64,000 nt of DNA from a virus (Duplodnaviria > Caudoviricetes), in the IMG/VR virus record IMGVR_UViG_3300046473_000190, positions 8,965 through 72,964 of that record; one strand, written 5' to 3'. The position numbers and the translations under genes are program-made. Below, piece by piece: positions 1 through 9,880 of this stretch. Below the pieces are notes generated by a model. It had not been told where the DNA came from and made no database searches. It was given only the letters and a program-made list of their open reading frames with translations. Position 1 is the first letter of the stretch; each line of letters opens with the position of its first letter.

Positions 1-131
1 TCGGTATTGTCGGCGGCCAGTTGGATATCGGTGGCGGTCTTACTCAAACCATCATGCTGTGGTTCAACTATCCGGGAACGACGAATACGTCGGCAACGAT
101 GATGTTTAACCTCTTGGGGTATCTGTTCTAA
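1..131 (+). CDS. 5'-truncated CDS, probable virion-associated protein (C-terminus GIVGGQLDIGG...LLGYLF)
   Basis: Open frame from position 3 to TAA 129-131, followed by AAAGGA RBS of next gene. Confidence 0.6.
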   Translation, partial: GIVGGQLDIGGGLTQTIMLWFNYPGTTNTSATMMFNLLGYLF

Positions 132-141
132 CCAGAAAGGA

Positions 142-474
142 ATGACAATGAGCTATTCGACAGCAACCCCCGAGCAACAGGCGATCGTCAAGAACTTCGT
201 CCTGCTCGAGCGCGCTGCTACCGTACAGATGTGGCAATTAAACAACACCATTGCTGCCTTGGTGCAAAACTGGAACGCTAGCGTGTTGGGCATTCTGGGG
301 TCGCCGCAGGGTATTTCAATCCCTGACGGGACGAGCTATGCCGGGGCGACGACGTTGACCGACACACAGGTGACGAACCTATTTGGCATTTTGCAGACCA
401 TGCAGACGACGAATTTTACGCCATCCAACGAGGCATTGTTTGTCTTGGCGACCGGCCCGAATAATATGCTGTGA
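142..474 (+). CDS. hypothetical protein, 110 aa
   Basis: RBS AAAGGA, co-oriented with tail operon. Confidence 0.7.
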   Translation: MTMSYSTATPEQQAIVKNFVLLERAATVQMWQLNNTIAALVQNWNASVLGILGSPQGISIPDGTSYAGATTLTDTQVTNLFGILQTMQTTNFTPSNEALFVLATGPNNML

Positions 475-498
475 TCATGATTGCGAAGGAGCGGGTAA

Positions 499-1785
499 TT
501 GGCAGCCAATGCAACAGCGATCTGGCGTGTTCGGCCGAGCGGGAGCGACAATAACGGCGGGGGCTATGATCCCGGCATTGCTAGCGCCGGCACGGACTTT
601 TCGCAACAGGACGCCGCGCAGGTTACGCAATCCGCTGGCGTCGTATCGACGGCCACGACGACACTGACGGATACCGGTGCGTCATTTACCTCCGCGCTGA
701 TCGGCAACGGCATCCGGGTGGCGGGTACCGGAATTACGACGACTTACACCTTTATTACCGCGGTGCCGAGCGGGACGACGTTGACGTTGCAGACCTCACC
801 GGGCACGACGGGAACTTCGGTAACCTACAATATCGGCGGCGGGTGGGCGACTTTTTGGACGAACACGGCACCACTGGTTCCGGGAAATATCGTTTATATT
901 CTGGGTTCCGGCACGCCGAACCCGGCCGCGTATACTTATGACTTCACGCTGCCGTCCGGCGGCATGCCGGCCGTCAATGGCAATACAACGGCAGGCAGGA
1001 TTTATTTTGTCAACGACCCGGCTACCCCCGGCTACAAGGCACCGCCAGACACGACGGGCGGCATGCCAGTCATCAAGATTGCAAACGGCAACGGTTTTAG
1101 CGCCGGCGGCGCATCATTTTATTCCGTATTCGGACTATATTTGGTTTCCTTGATTGCTGGCAGCGGTGTTTTCGCCAGCCAAACCAACATGACGCTGTTT
1201 GGAACGGTTATCGATTTTTTTGGCAATGATTCATGGGGTACGGTCAACTGTCCTTATCTTACCACGCTGGGCTGCGAATTCTTTTCGTCGCAGGGCGGCA
1301 CCGGAACGCGGTCCGCCATTCGGACTTATATCGACGCGACGATCATAAATTGCAATTTTCACGATCTGCCTGGACACGGCGTGCATATGACCGGAAACGC
1401 CACGATTAACGGAAGTGTGCTTGCAAAAAACGTCCTCAACGGGCTCTTGATGGATCAATCGCAGGGGACGGGAAACAACGACGCACAAAACAACACCATC
1501 GACGGCAATGCAGGTCATGGCATCGAGATTGTCGATCAGGGCAGTGTCGCCTATGCGGTCATTCTCAATAACATCATCAGTAATCAAGTCGGCGCCGGGA
1601 AATTCGGCCTGACGGCCGACGTCGGGACGGCCGCGGCCAATACGCAGGTTGCGAATTTCATCGACTATAATGTGTATTACAATAATACCGCGAACTACAA
1701 TGCAATCAACGCTAGTCCGCACGACACCGCGCTCGGTGTTGACCCATACGTAGCCTCGTCTACAGAAAACTATACGTTGAAGTAA
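499..1785 (+). CDS. tail-associated protein with right-handed parallel beta-helix (pectate-lyase-like) C-terminal region
   Basis: Thr/Gly-rich N-terminus; repeats such as NCNFHDLPGHGVHMTG, NNTIDGNAGHGIEI, ILNNIISN; TTG start after AAGGAG. Confidence 0.65.
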   Translation: MAANATAIWRVRPSGSDNNGGGYDPGIASAGTDFSQQDAAQVTQSAGVVSTATTTLTDTGASFTSALIGNGIRVAGTGITTTYTFITAVPSGTTLTLQTSPGTTGTSVTYNIGGGWATFWTNTAPLVPGNIVYILGSGTPNPAAYTYDFTLPSGGMPAVNGNTTAGRIYFVNDPATPGYKAPPDTTGGMPVIKIANGNGFSAGGASFYSVFGLYLVSLIAGSGVFASQTNMTLFGTVIDFFGNDSWGTVNCPYLTTLGCEFFSSQGGTGTRSAIRTYIDATIINCNFHDLPGHGVHMTGNATINGSVLAKNVLNGLLMDQSQGTGNNDAQNNTIDGNAGHGIEIVDQGSVAYAVILNNIISNQVGAGKFGLTADVGTAAANTQVANFIDYNVYYNNTANYNAINASPHDTALGVDPYVASSTENYTLK

Positions 1786-2483
1786 TGCCCAGCGTTCTCT
1801 CATACGCCAACGCCTTCCCGATGGACAACGTGCTGGCGCGAAATTTCAATGGCACAAGTGAATTCGCCTCTGCGGGAGCCACGGGCTCGGGTGCGCAAAC
1901 AGGATTGACTGTCGCTTGGTGGGTTTATTTGAATGCGCTTCCGGCATCCGCTTTCGCCGGATTGATTACACTTTCGAATCCAACTTGGCTGTTTTATGTA
2001 GAGAGCAACGGAACTATTGCTTTCCAGACTGGAACCGTTACCGCAATGAACCTTGTCACGTGCAATCCGTGGCCAAGTGCGTCAACGCTCGCGGTCGGCC
2101 AATGGTATCATATGGCGGTGACGGGTGACGGGGCGACAGTGACGCTTTATATAAATGGTGCGGTGAACGGGACGCCGCAGACCGTTACGAGTGCTTCTGG
2201 CACGAATTTCGGGGCGGCAATGTTTGCCGACGACCTCACGTCTACTACTCGATATGTACCTTGCCAGTTGGTTGATATCGCCATTTGGGATGTTTGCCTA
2301 AGCGCCGGTCAAGTGCTTTTGCTTGCGCACGGAGCGCGTGCAGCATCAATTGCAACGGGCCTGAAGAATAACTGGGTGATGACTGGAGCCTCGCCGGAAC
2401 CGGATTCGGTTGGCGGAGCCAACGCGACACTCACCGGAACATCAACTTTGAACGGCGGCCCCGCTACGTTGGGGTTGGTGTGA
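1785..2483 (+). CDS. LamG/concanavalin A-like lectin domain protein
   Basis: LTVAWWVY...GQWYHMAVTGDGATVTLYINGA...VDIAIWDVCLS motif typical of Laminin_G_3. Confidence 0.8.
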   Translation: MPSVLSYANAFPMDNVLARNFNGTSEFASAGATGSGAQTGLTVAWWVYLNALPASAFAGLITLSNPTWLFYVESNGTIAFQTGTVTAMNLVTCNPWPSASTLAVGQWYHMAVTGDGATVTLYINGAVNGTPQTVTSASGTNFGAAMFADDLTSTTRYVPCQLVDIAIWDVCLSAGQVLLLAHGARAASIATGLKNNWVMTGASPEPDSVGGANATLTGTSTLNGGPATLGLV

Positions 2484-2752
2484 TGGCCGGCGTTCCACTT
2501 CCTCAACATTTATCTGGGCAGAGCCTGGTCTACAACTATCTCTTTCCTGGCGGATTGCAGCCCTTGGCGACTGGGCTTTCTGTACTGTCCTATACGAAAG
2601 CCTTTCCGAACATTACGTTACCGCAGCATTTGTCTGGGCAAACAGCCGTGGAAAGCTATCTCTATCCAGGCGCATTGCAGCCGTTACAAATTGCTGCGCT
2701 TGCTGGATATCCTGTAACGTGGACTATCACCATCACCATAACAATGGATTAG
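2483..2752 (+). CDS. hypothetical protein with internal duplication
   Basis: Two copies of LPQHLSGQ-x3-(N/S)YL(F/Y)PG(G/A)LQPL. Confidence 0.6.
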   Translation: MAGVPLPQHLSGQSLVYNYLFPGGLQPLATGLSVLSYTKAFPNITLPQHLSGQTAVESYLYPGALQPLQIAALAGYPVTWTITITITMD

Positions 2753-2756
2753 ACAT

Positions 2757-4544
2757 ATGACTGCACAATACATGATCGTTCCTGCTGCTGGTGCCGAGCC
2801 CGCTGATGAATGGGTAAAGCTTGGCGTCGAGGCGCAGATGGGCAACCGCCCTGCTGATGCCGCCCGTCACTACCTCAAGGCCCTCGGCATTGATCCATCG
2901 CACGTCATTGCGACGCTCAACCACGGCATTACCCTAGCTACCCAGGGCGACCTTAACCAGGGAATGCTGACGCTGGAACGCGCCATGCTGTTCGATGATA
3001 AATCGGCCGCCGTGCGAATGAATTATGCTATGATGTGCCTTAACGCAGGCCGCATCGACGAGGCCATGAAATATGGCGAACTCGCCATCGAGATGGGGAA
3101 AACCGACGAAGGGAACCTTGGCAAGACGGCTCCCAAACTGGTGATGGCGCTGATCCTGGGGGCTGCGGGTCATTCGGACAGAGCGGTTCCGCTGTATAAT
3201 GAAATTCTCGATGACGAACCGGATCACCTTCAGGCCGGAATGAATTCCTGTTTTGCGCAAACTTTGACGTTTGCCACACCGGAAGATTTGTTGCGGCAGC
3301 GCAAGCGGTTTTATGACTCCGTCAAGTTCAAGGGTACCGTCCGCCGGGTTCGCCACGACGAGGCATGGCCTCGTCCCTTGCGTGTTGGATATGTCGGGGG
3401 CGATTTCAAGCAGCATTCAGCCGCGATGATCTTCGGTAACGTATTGCTTAATCACGACAAAACGAGAGTCCTGCCGTATTTCTATTCGTCATTAGCGGTA
3501 AACCCGGATGCCGATCCGTGGTCGAAAGAGTTCAAGGCGGCGGCGGAAGACCGCTGGCGCGATATCGAAGGCAAGAGCGATGACGATACCGCTGACATGA
3601 TCCGCGACGACAAGATCGATATTCTGGTTGACATCGCCGCCCATACCAGTGGCGGACGATTACCGATATTCGTGCGGAAACCGGCCCCTATCCAGGTCAC
3701 GGCGTGGGGCTTTGCCCACGGGACGGGCGTGCCGGAAATCGACTACTTCTTTGCCGATGAGGTGTCCGTGCCGCAGGAGGAACGGCAGTGGTTTGCGGAA
3801 AAAATCTGGGATCTGCCGTGCCTGGTAACGTTCCGGAAGCCGAAATACGTGTTTAAGGAAAATTCGCTACTGCCGTATGCGGGTAATGGCTACATCACTT
3901 TCGGGTCATCGGCGCGTTACGAAAAGCTGTCCGAGGCGTGCCTGCGGTGTTTTGCCAAGATCCTGCATAGAGTGCCGGATTCTGTCTTGCGGCTGAAGGA
4001 TAGCGCCTATGGCAGGCCCTATTCGATTCGTCGGGTTCTCGACATCATGAAGGGGTTCGACATTGGGCGGGAAAGAATTCAGTTCATCATCGGCTCGAGC
4101 CATGAGGAGCACTTGCAGGGTTATCGCAACAGCGACTTGCAGCTAGACCCGTTCCCTCACGGCGGCGGCATTGTCAGCCTGGAGCAGCTTTACATGGGGC
4201 TGCCGATTATTACGCTCTATGGAACCCAATGCTCTGGCCGGAATACCGCAAGCGTGCTGACATGCATGGGGCGAGGCGACTGGATTGCCCGCTCGGAGGA
4301 CGAATACGTCGAAAAGGCCGTCGCATTGGCTAACGACATCGAAATGCTCCGATCCGCCAGAAAGACGCTGCGGAGCGAATTGATGGATTCGCCGGTGGTG
4401 AAAGACTATTGCAAGGTCGTCGAGCGGGCCTACCAGGCCATGTGGTGCAAGTATTGCGGCTATAATGTTCCGGCCGAGGATGCTAGTATGGCCGAGGAGC
4501 ACACCGTCGTAAGGCTTAAGACGAAGAAGGAGATGGCGGGATGA
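2757..4544 (+). CDS. TPR-containing O-GlcNAc/O-fucosyl transferase-like protein (GT41, OGT/SPINDLY family)
   Basis: N-terminal TPR-like helices; LRVGYVGGDFKQHSAA, DKIDILVDIAAHTSGGRL..FVRKPAPIQVTAWG, DLQLDPFPHGGG..SLEQLYMGLPIITL. Confidence 0.9.
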   Translation: MTAQYMIVPAAGAEPADEWVKLGVEAQMGNRPADAARHYLKALGIDPSHVIATLNHGITLATQGDLNQGMLTLERAMLFDDKSAAVRMNYAMMCLNAGRIDEAMKYGELAIEMGKTDEGNLGKTAPKLVMALILGAAGHSDRAVPLYNEILDDEPDHLQAGMNSCFAQTLTFATPEDLLRQRKRFYDSVKFKGTVRRVRHDEAWPRPLRVGYVGGDFKQHSAAMIFGNVLLNHDKTRVLPYFYSSLAVNPDADPWSKEFKAAAEDRWRDIEGKSDDDTADMIRDDKIDILVDIAAHTSGGRLPIFVRKPAPIQVTAWGFAHGTGVPEIDYFFADEVSVPQEERQWFAEKIWDLPCLVTFRKPKYVFKENSLLPYAGNGYITFGSSARYEKLSEACLRCFAKILHRVPDSVLRLKDSAYGRPYSIRRVLDIMKGFDIGRERIQFIIGSSHEEHLQGYRNSDLQLDPFPHGGGIVSLEQLYMGLPIITLYGTQCSGRNTASVLTCMGRGDWIARSEDEYVEKAVALANDIEMLRSARKTLRSELMDSPVVKDYCKVVERAYQAMWCKYCGYNVPAEDASMAEEHTVVRLKTKKEMAG

Positions 4545-4861
4545 AACCTTGGCTGATTCTGGCGGGGGGTATCATTCTGGGCCTTTTGGCCCACAATGCT
4601 ATGCCCGTCTTTGTCGATTATGTGTTTGCGGCCGATGCGTCTGGCAGCAATACCCGGCCATTTGGGTCGTTTCCCGCTTTGACATTCGCCACCTTGCCGC
4701 CCGCGGTAACCGGGACGATGGCTTATATCAGTGACGGGGCGGCTGGAAACTGTGGCGACGGCACCTGCACGACGTTCGGCACCACTGTCACCGGCGGCGG
4801 AGGTTCGGTTAAAATACTGGCATGGTGGAATGGTAGCAACTGGACGCTGGTCGGTAAATGA
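4541..4861 (+). CDS. hypothetical protein with N-terminal hydrophobic segment
   Basis: ATGA overlaps with both neighbours. Confidence 0.6.
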   Translation: MKPWLILAGGIILGLLAHNAMPVFVDYVFAADASGSNTRPFGSFPALTFATLPPAVTGTMAYISDGAAGNCGDGTCTTFGTTVTGGGGSVKILAWWNGSNWTLVGK

Positions 4862-5553
4862 CATCGAGTGGCACATTTAACTTTGTCCCATCGAACGGCG
4901 AACTTGTCCTCGCCGCATTCGAGCGCATTCAGGTGCGTGCGCCGGAGATACGGCAGGAACATATGTTTTCCGCCCGCCGTGAGTTGAACTTCATGTTCGC
5001 GCAATGGTCGAACAAGCAACCCAACCTTTGGGAAGTTCTTCGTACCCAAACCGTGCTGACGGCTGGGACCGCTACCTATGCGATCTCGCCGCAAACGGTC
5101 ATGATCCTTGACGCCTCGATTGTGCTTAATATCGGCACGCCATCGGAATCCCGTCGCTACATCACTCCGATCTCCCGCACTGAATACCTGAGTTACGCCA
5201 ATCAGCAGACGCCGGGACCGCCGACTGTGTATTGGTTTGATCGCCTGATTTCGCCCACCATCACGTTTTATCCGGTGCCCGACAATGCTGGACCGTATAC
5301 CTTCGACTACTTCACCTGTCTCCAGATGCAAGACGCCAACATGGCGGGCGGAGAGACGCCTAATGTTCCTTATCGTTGGTTCGATGCTATTGTCGCTGGC
5401 ATGGCGCACCGTCTCGCGCGGATTTACGCGCCGCCGCTCGAGCAGATAAGGAAAGCGGACGCAGACGAGGCTTGGACGGTAGCGGCGACGCAGGATGTGG
5501 AATCGGTTCCTTTGGTATTAGCGCCCGGCTTGTCGGCCTATTACCGGAGATAG
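4858..5553 (+). CDS. head-tail adaptor / tail tubular protein A-like
   Basis: MTSSGTFNF...AAFERI...ARRELNFMFAQWSNKQPNLW resembles conserved podophage adaptor family (from memory). Confidence 0.7.
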   Translation: MTSSGTFNFVPSNGELVLAAFERIQVRAPEIRQEHMFSARRELNFMFAQWSNKQPNLWEVLRTQTVLTAGTATYAISPQTVMILDASIVLNIGTPSESRRYITPISRTEYLSYANQQTPGPPTVYWFDRLISPTITFYPVPDNAGPYTFDYFTCLQMQDANMAGGETPNVPYRWFDAIVAGMAHRLARIYAPPLEQIRKADADEAWTVAATQDVESVPLVLAPGLSAYYRR

Positions 5554-5556
5554 GGC

Positions 5557-6057
5557 ATGAGGCCGCATCCACGACGTGCCAGAACCGATGCCCGCAGTCC
5601 GCGGGCGTGGGGCACGTCTGACCGCAATGGTATGATCGGCAACCAGGAAAACCTTGTCTGGCAATACGAGTGGGCCGGAACCCAACTTGTCAACAAGCGC
5701 GTTCTCGTTCATCCGGATGAATACGACACGCCTAACCGCCAGCTTGGCACTATCATCCTGCCGCCCGATCCGGTGTCCATCCTCAATGCTCGGCCGGAAC
5801 CGTATTACGTCGAAGAACAGACTATGCGTCTGACCCAGAGCGGTCAGGTGCGCATCCAGATGGATGGCCAAATCCGCCTTGAGAGCAACTTGCAGAATAC
5901 ACCGGCCGGGGTTCCGTTGGTGTTCGTTCCAGTGGATCATTCAGGATTTGTGCCGCCCCCGCCCCCGCCACCCCCGCCGTCCATACCCGGGGAAGCGTTC
6001 CAGTCGCAGAACTACGGCAATCCGCCACAGTTTACCATCTTCGGATTCAGGGGCTGA
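5557..6057 (+). CDS. conserved phage protein with poly-proline C-terminal tract
   Basis: Position after adaptor; P9 run near 5953-5979. Confidence 0.6.
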   Translation: MRPHPRRARTDARSPRAWGTSDRNGMIGNQENLVWQYEWAGTQLVNKRVLVHPDEYDTPNRQLGTIILPPDPVSILNARPEPYYVEEQTMRLTQSGQVRIQMDGQIRLESNLQNTPAGVPLVFVPVDHSGFVPPPPPPPPPSIPGEAFQSQNYGNPPQFTIFGFRG

Positions 6058-6060
6058 CAA

Positions 6061-7908
6061 ATGCCAGGCTTCCGATGTTTCGGGGCGACTGGACAGGCAC
6101 CGACAACGACATTTTTCGGGCCAGTGGCCGATCGCCTGACGATGGCAATGCCGTATCACCCAGATTTTACTAATGGGGTGGTAATCCAAGCCTATTCGGC
6201 GATGGATTACGTTAACAAGTGGCCGATTTTCAACACCGACCAGATTAACACTGGCCTTGGCCCAGGGCCAAATCAGGACACGGTCAGTCTCGGTGGTTTC
6301 ACCGTTGCGCCGGATGGCACCAATACCATGCAGAAGATTGTCGAGTCTGCATCGGGTCCATCCCTGCACGGCCTGACGTCTGGGTGGAATTCGCAGATGT
6401 TCACCGGCGTTTATAAGCTTCGTAACGCCGTTATTGTCAAGGCAGCGGAGCGGACTCGTATCTGTCTAGGATTCAACTGCGCCACTTTCCAAAGTTTAGG
6501 CATCGGAACTGGCGTCAAGGCGGTCTTCGATCTTGCGGGCGGGCAGGTCGGAGTTGCACCGTTTGCGTTTGGCAATTTGAGTACCGACTCCGAAAAGACT
6601 TGGAATACCTCCGCGGCCAATTCCGTGGCTACGATAGCTCCGCTTGATGGTGGCGTTTATATCTGCATGCTCGACACGCCGATGGGCATCCAGCAGGGCG
6701 CACCCGGCGGCTTCATGTTTTCCACGTTTTACCTGGACAGCGGTTCTGGCACGGCGGCGGAAAGTACGAACTACACCGGCGATGGTGCGTCCGGTGTTTA
6801 TGCCTGGAAAAGCTGCCTGTTGCCGCCGGCGGCCTTTCGGCTCGGCAATCGAACTTTCTTTGACGACTTTACCGATCCGACGATGAGTAATATAGATCTC
6901 ACCGACAGCCGGGCGCCCGGCTTCGATTGGTACATTCATGCCGTCTGGCCCTGTGATGGATTCAACTTGGCGACACCGACTCCGGCCGGTTGTTTCTCGC
7001 AAACCGGTTCGCTTCTAAAGATCACCAATCAACCAACCGACGCCATCGGCATGATGGGCGCCTGCAACAAGGGCACTGATCCGGGCAATATCGGCGGTGT
7101 TGTCTGGCAGCGTCCATCGCCGGGACCGAATGTTGCAAACGCTTATACGGGAACGCGGGTGTTTCATCCTCCGATGCTCGTCGAGTCACGTCATGCCTGG
7201 AACTTCAACACGAACGCGACCGATCGCAACCATGTGTCATGGTGGACAACGTCCATTGAGCGTCTGTACAACCCGGCTGCCTACACTCCGGGAGGACAAA
7301 ATTTCTCCGTCGAGAACGATTGGGCGGAATTTCAGCCGATCGGGCTCGGCACGCTGCCATCGCATTCGAACTTCGATGCAGGCACCACGACCGGCCTGAA
7401 CGAATATATCCAGCAAGTCTTGGGCGGTTATGCTATTTGGTATAGCGATTATGCATATGGAACGAACGCGATAGTTGCGTACCTCGGCGTGCTTTACCAG
7501 GCCCAGCAAAACAGCACAAACCAAGTTCCGTTGTCCAACCCCACATTCTGGCTGGCGTTTACCCCTCCGGGGAGTTCTGTTGTGCCTCTGACGCCGCCGG
7601 TATGTGATCCGACGCAGTTGAATACCTACGGAGTTCTTTGGGTGCCGTCTTCGGACGACGACCTTGGTCAGATGATCAATTTCTTTAACGGTGTCTGCAC
7701 AGGCACTCTGACGGGGTTTTCAAATCTTTTCTGTCACATTGCCTGGGGATGGAATGCCGGTCTGAACGACAACATCCCCCCTGGTTTTGCTCCGGCAAAG
7801 GGTATCACTGGACTTACCGCGGGCGATAGCCAAACGTATGCAATCCAGTACGATGGCGGGCCAACCGCAACCTACTCCATCGACTGGGTGTCGGTTACGC
7901 AGGATTAA
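6061..7908 (+). CDS. putative tail/receptor-binding protein, 615 aa
   Basis: Beta-rich, Gly/Thr/aromatic composition; tail operon context; no family recognised. Confidence 0.55.
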   Translation: MPGFRCFGATGQAPTTTFFGPVADRLTMAMPYHPDFTNGVVIQAYSAMDYVNKWPIFNTDQINTGLGPGPNQDTVSLGGFTVAPDGTNTMQKIVESASGPSLHGLTSGWNSQMFTGVYKLRNAVIVKAAERTRICLGFNCATFQSLGIGTGVKAVFDLAGGQVGVAPFAFGNLSTDSEKTWNTSAANSVATIAPLDGGVYICMLDTPMGIQQGAPGGFMFSTFYLDSGSGTAAESTNYTGDGASGVYAWKSCLLPPAAFRLGNRTFFDDFTDPTMSNIDLTDSRAPGFDWYIHAVWPCDGFNLATPTPAGCFSQTGSLLKITNQPTDAIGMMGACNKGTDPGNIGGVVWQRPSPGPNVANAYTGTRVFHPPMLVESRHAWNFNTNATDRNHVSWWTTSIERLYNPAAYTPGGQNFSVENDWAEFQPIGLGTLPSHSNFDAGTTTGLNEYIQQVLGGYAIWYSDYAYGTNAIVAYLGVLYQAQQNSTNQVPLSNPTFWLAFTPPGSSVVPLTPPVCDPTQLNTYGVLWVPSSDDDLGQMINFFNGVCTGTLTGFSNLFCHIAWGWNAGLNDNIPPGFAPAKGITGLTAGDSQTYAIQYDGGPTATYSIDWVSVTQD

Positions 7909-7913
7909 CGCAG

Positions 7914-8510
7914 ATGAACCTCAAGCAATCAACGGCCTATACCCGCCTGTTCAATATGATCGCATCATCGGATCATCATTCGCCATTGACGGGGGCGGCG
8001 CCGGTCGTGAACCTTTCCAAGAGCGGAGTGGCATTTGCCGGCGCTGCCGGTGTGGTTAGCGAGGTTGGGGATGGCGTCTACAAGATCGTATTGACGGGGG
8101 TGGACACCAATACGGCTGGCGACTTGGCTTATTTCATCACTGCGGCGAGCGGCGACGACAATACGTTCGTTGATCAGGTAACCCCGACTGTCTTCAACGA
8201 CTTGAATATCGATGCCAGCGGCAACGTGTCGATCGCGTCCAGCATCAAGAAAAATGCGGCTCTGAATGGCTATATGTTCCTTATGACGAATTCGACGACG
8301 CACGTAGCGCAAACCGGATTGACGGTAACCGCGCAGCGCAGCCTTTCCGGTGCCGGTTTTGCGCCCTGCGCCAATGCCGTTACTGAACTCTCTCACGGGA
8401 TTTACGCCATCAACCTAGCGGCGACGGACACCAACGCCAACTCGATCATGTATCGATTTACCGCGACTAACGCGGACGACTTGAATATACTAATGTTGAC
8501 GCAGCCTTAA
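7914..8510 (+). CDS. virion protein with two tandem Ig-like repeats
   Basis: Halves align: VSEVGDGVYKIVLTGVDTNT / VTELSHGIYAINLAATDTNA. Confidence 0.55.
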   Translation: MNLKQSTAYTRLFNMIASSDHHSPLTGAAPVVNLSKSGVAFAGAAGVVSEVGDGVYKIVLTGVDTNTAGDLAYFITAASGDDNTFVDQVTPTVFNDLNIDASGNVSIASSIKKNAALNGYMFLMTNSTTHVAQTGLTVTAQRSLSGAGFAPCANAVTELSHGIYAINLAATDTNANSIMYRFTATNADDLNILMLTQP

Positions 8511-8521
8511 TGGAACCTTAG

Positions 8522-9880
8522 ATGCCCGCCGCTCCCGGCACCATACCGGCACTGCCGCGATACCAGCCCGATGCCCTGCCGTTGGCTGGGACGGAGGTGT
8601 TGGAAATTGCTTCCAATTACACCGCTTACACGGCCGCGGTCAGCGGTGCCATGCCCCTGCAGGACGTGGTAGGCAAAACGCCGTCCATCATGTCAACCGC
8701 GGTTCCGGTTGCCGGCGACATGGTGGCCTTCTATCAACTGTCGAGCGGCCTGCCGAGGGCCTGCTCGGTTGCCAACCTTGGCGTTCCAGCCGGGAACATT
8801 CCGTCTGGTGGCTCGACCCATCAAGTCTTGGCCAAGAATAGCGCGACGAACTTCGATACGGGTTGGTACAGCACCATCAGCCTCCTGGCGACGGCGTTCC
8901 AGACCACGACCTTGACGCAGAATGGTATTCTATACGGCAATGGCACGTCTTTGCTGGGAATAACCCCACAGGGAACATCGGGTTATTTCCTGGGCGGCAA
9001 TGGCGCGGCGGCGCCGACATTCCAACAGGTCAACTTGACCACGGGCGCTACCGGCGTGCTGACGCAGACTTTTGGCGGCTTGGGCACGGCGTCCTTGGCC
9101 TCGCATGCGGTGATTCTCGGCAGCACGGGGGCGGCGGTGGCCGCAGCGGCACCAGGCAATGTCGGCCTCGCGCTGATTTCCAACGGCTCAACCAGCGATC
9201 CATCGTTTCAGGCGGTTCCGCTGACAACCGGGGTTTCCGGTGTGCTTCCGGTCGCCAACGGTGGCATCGGCACGTCTGTGCTAGCCTCACACGGGATTGT
9301 TCTCGGCAGCACAGGGGCCTATGCGGTCGTGCCGTCGACGACGGCCAACCTGTTTCTTGTCAGTGGCGGACCTACAGCCGACCCGATTTATACCACGGGC
9401 GGCTTTGGGCCAGCCGCCACGGCTGCGCTGGGCAACATTCCAGGCGCGACGGCCAGCACGCCGGCCGCAGCTGGCAGCATTGGCGAATATACGACGGCCA
9501 ATTTAACGTCCGGCGGGGCATTGAGCCTTTCGACCGCGTCAGTGGCGACGACGCTCATCAGCCTTGCGCTTGGTTCCGGCGACTGGAATGTGTTCGGTTC
9601 GGTGACGTATTTTGCCACCAATACCACAACCAACGCCAAGATACTCGCTGCGGCCGTAAATAACCTGTCCAATGCCCTGCCGAACTTCACCTCGGGTGCC
9701 ATCCATCAATTGGGTCTTGGCAGCGCGGGCTTGACCGCCATCCAAACAACCATTCTGCCCATCGGACCCGTGCAGTTCATTTCCAGCGCGGTACAAACGG
9801 CCTACCTTATTGCTGCGGTGAACTTCACTAACGCCACCATGGGCGGCTTCGGCGTTATTGCGGCAAGGCGGGCACGCTGA
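8522..9880 (+). CDS. tail fibre-like protein
   Basis: Repeats LTTG(A/V)(T/S)GVL..(T/A)(F/N)GG.GT..LASH...LGSTG; Ser/Thr/Gly/Ala-rich. Confidence 0.7.
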   Translation: MPAAPGTIPALPRYQPDALPLAGTEVLEIASNYTAYTAAVSGAMPLQDVVGKTPSIMSTAVPVAGDMVAFYQLSSGLPRACSVANLGVPAGNIPSGGSTHQVLAKNSATNFDTGWYSTISLLATAFQTTTLTQNGILYGNGTSLLGITPQGTSGYFLGGNGAAAPTFQQVNLTTGATGVLTQTFGGLGTASLASHAVILGSTGAAVAAAAPGNVGLALISNGSTSDPSFQAVPLTTGVSGVLPVANGGIGTSVLASHGIVLGSTGAYAVVPSTTANLFLVSGGPTADPIYTTGGFGPAATAALGNIPGATASTPAAAGSIGEYTTANLTSGGALSLSTASVATTLISLALGSGDWNVFGSVTYFATNTTTNAKILAAAVNNLSNALPNFTSGAIHQLGLGSAGLTAIQTTILPIGPVQFISSAVQTAYLIAAVNFTNATMGGFGVIAARRAR

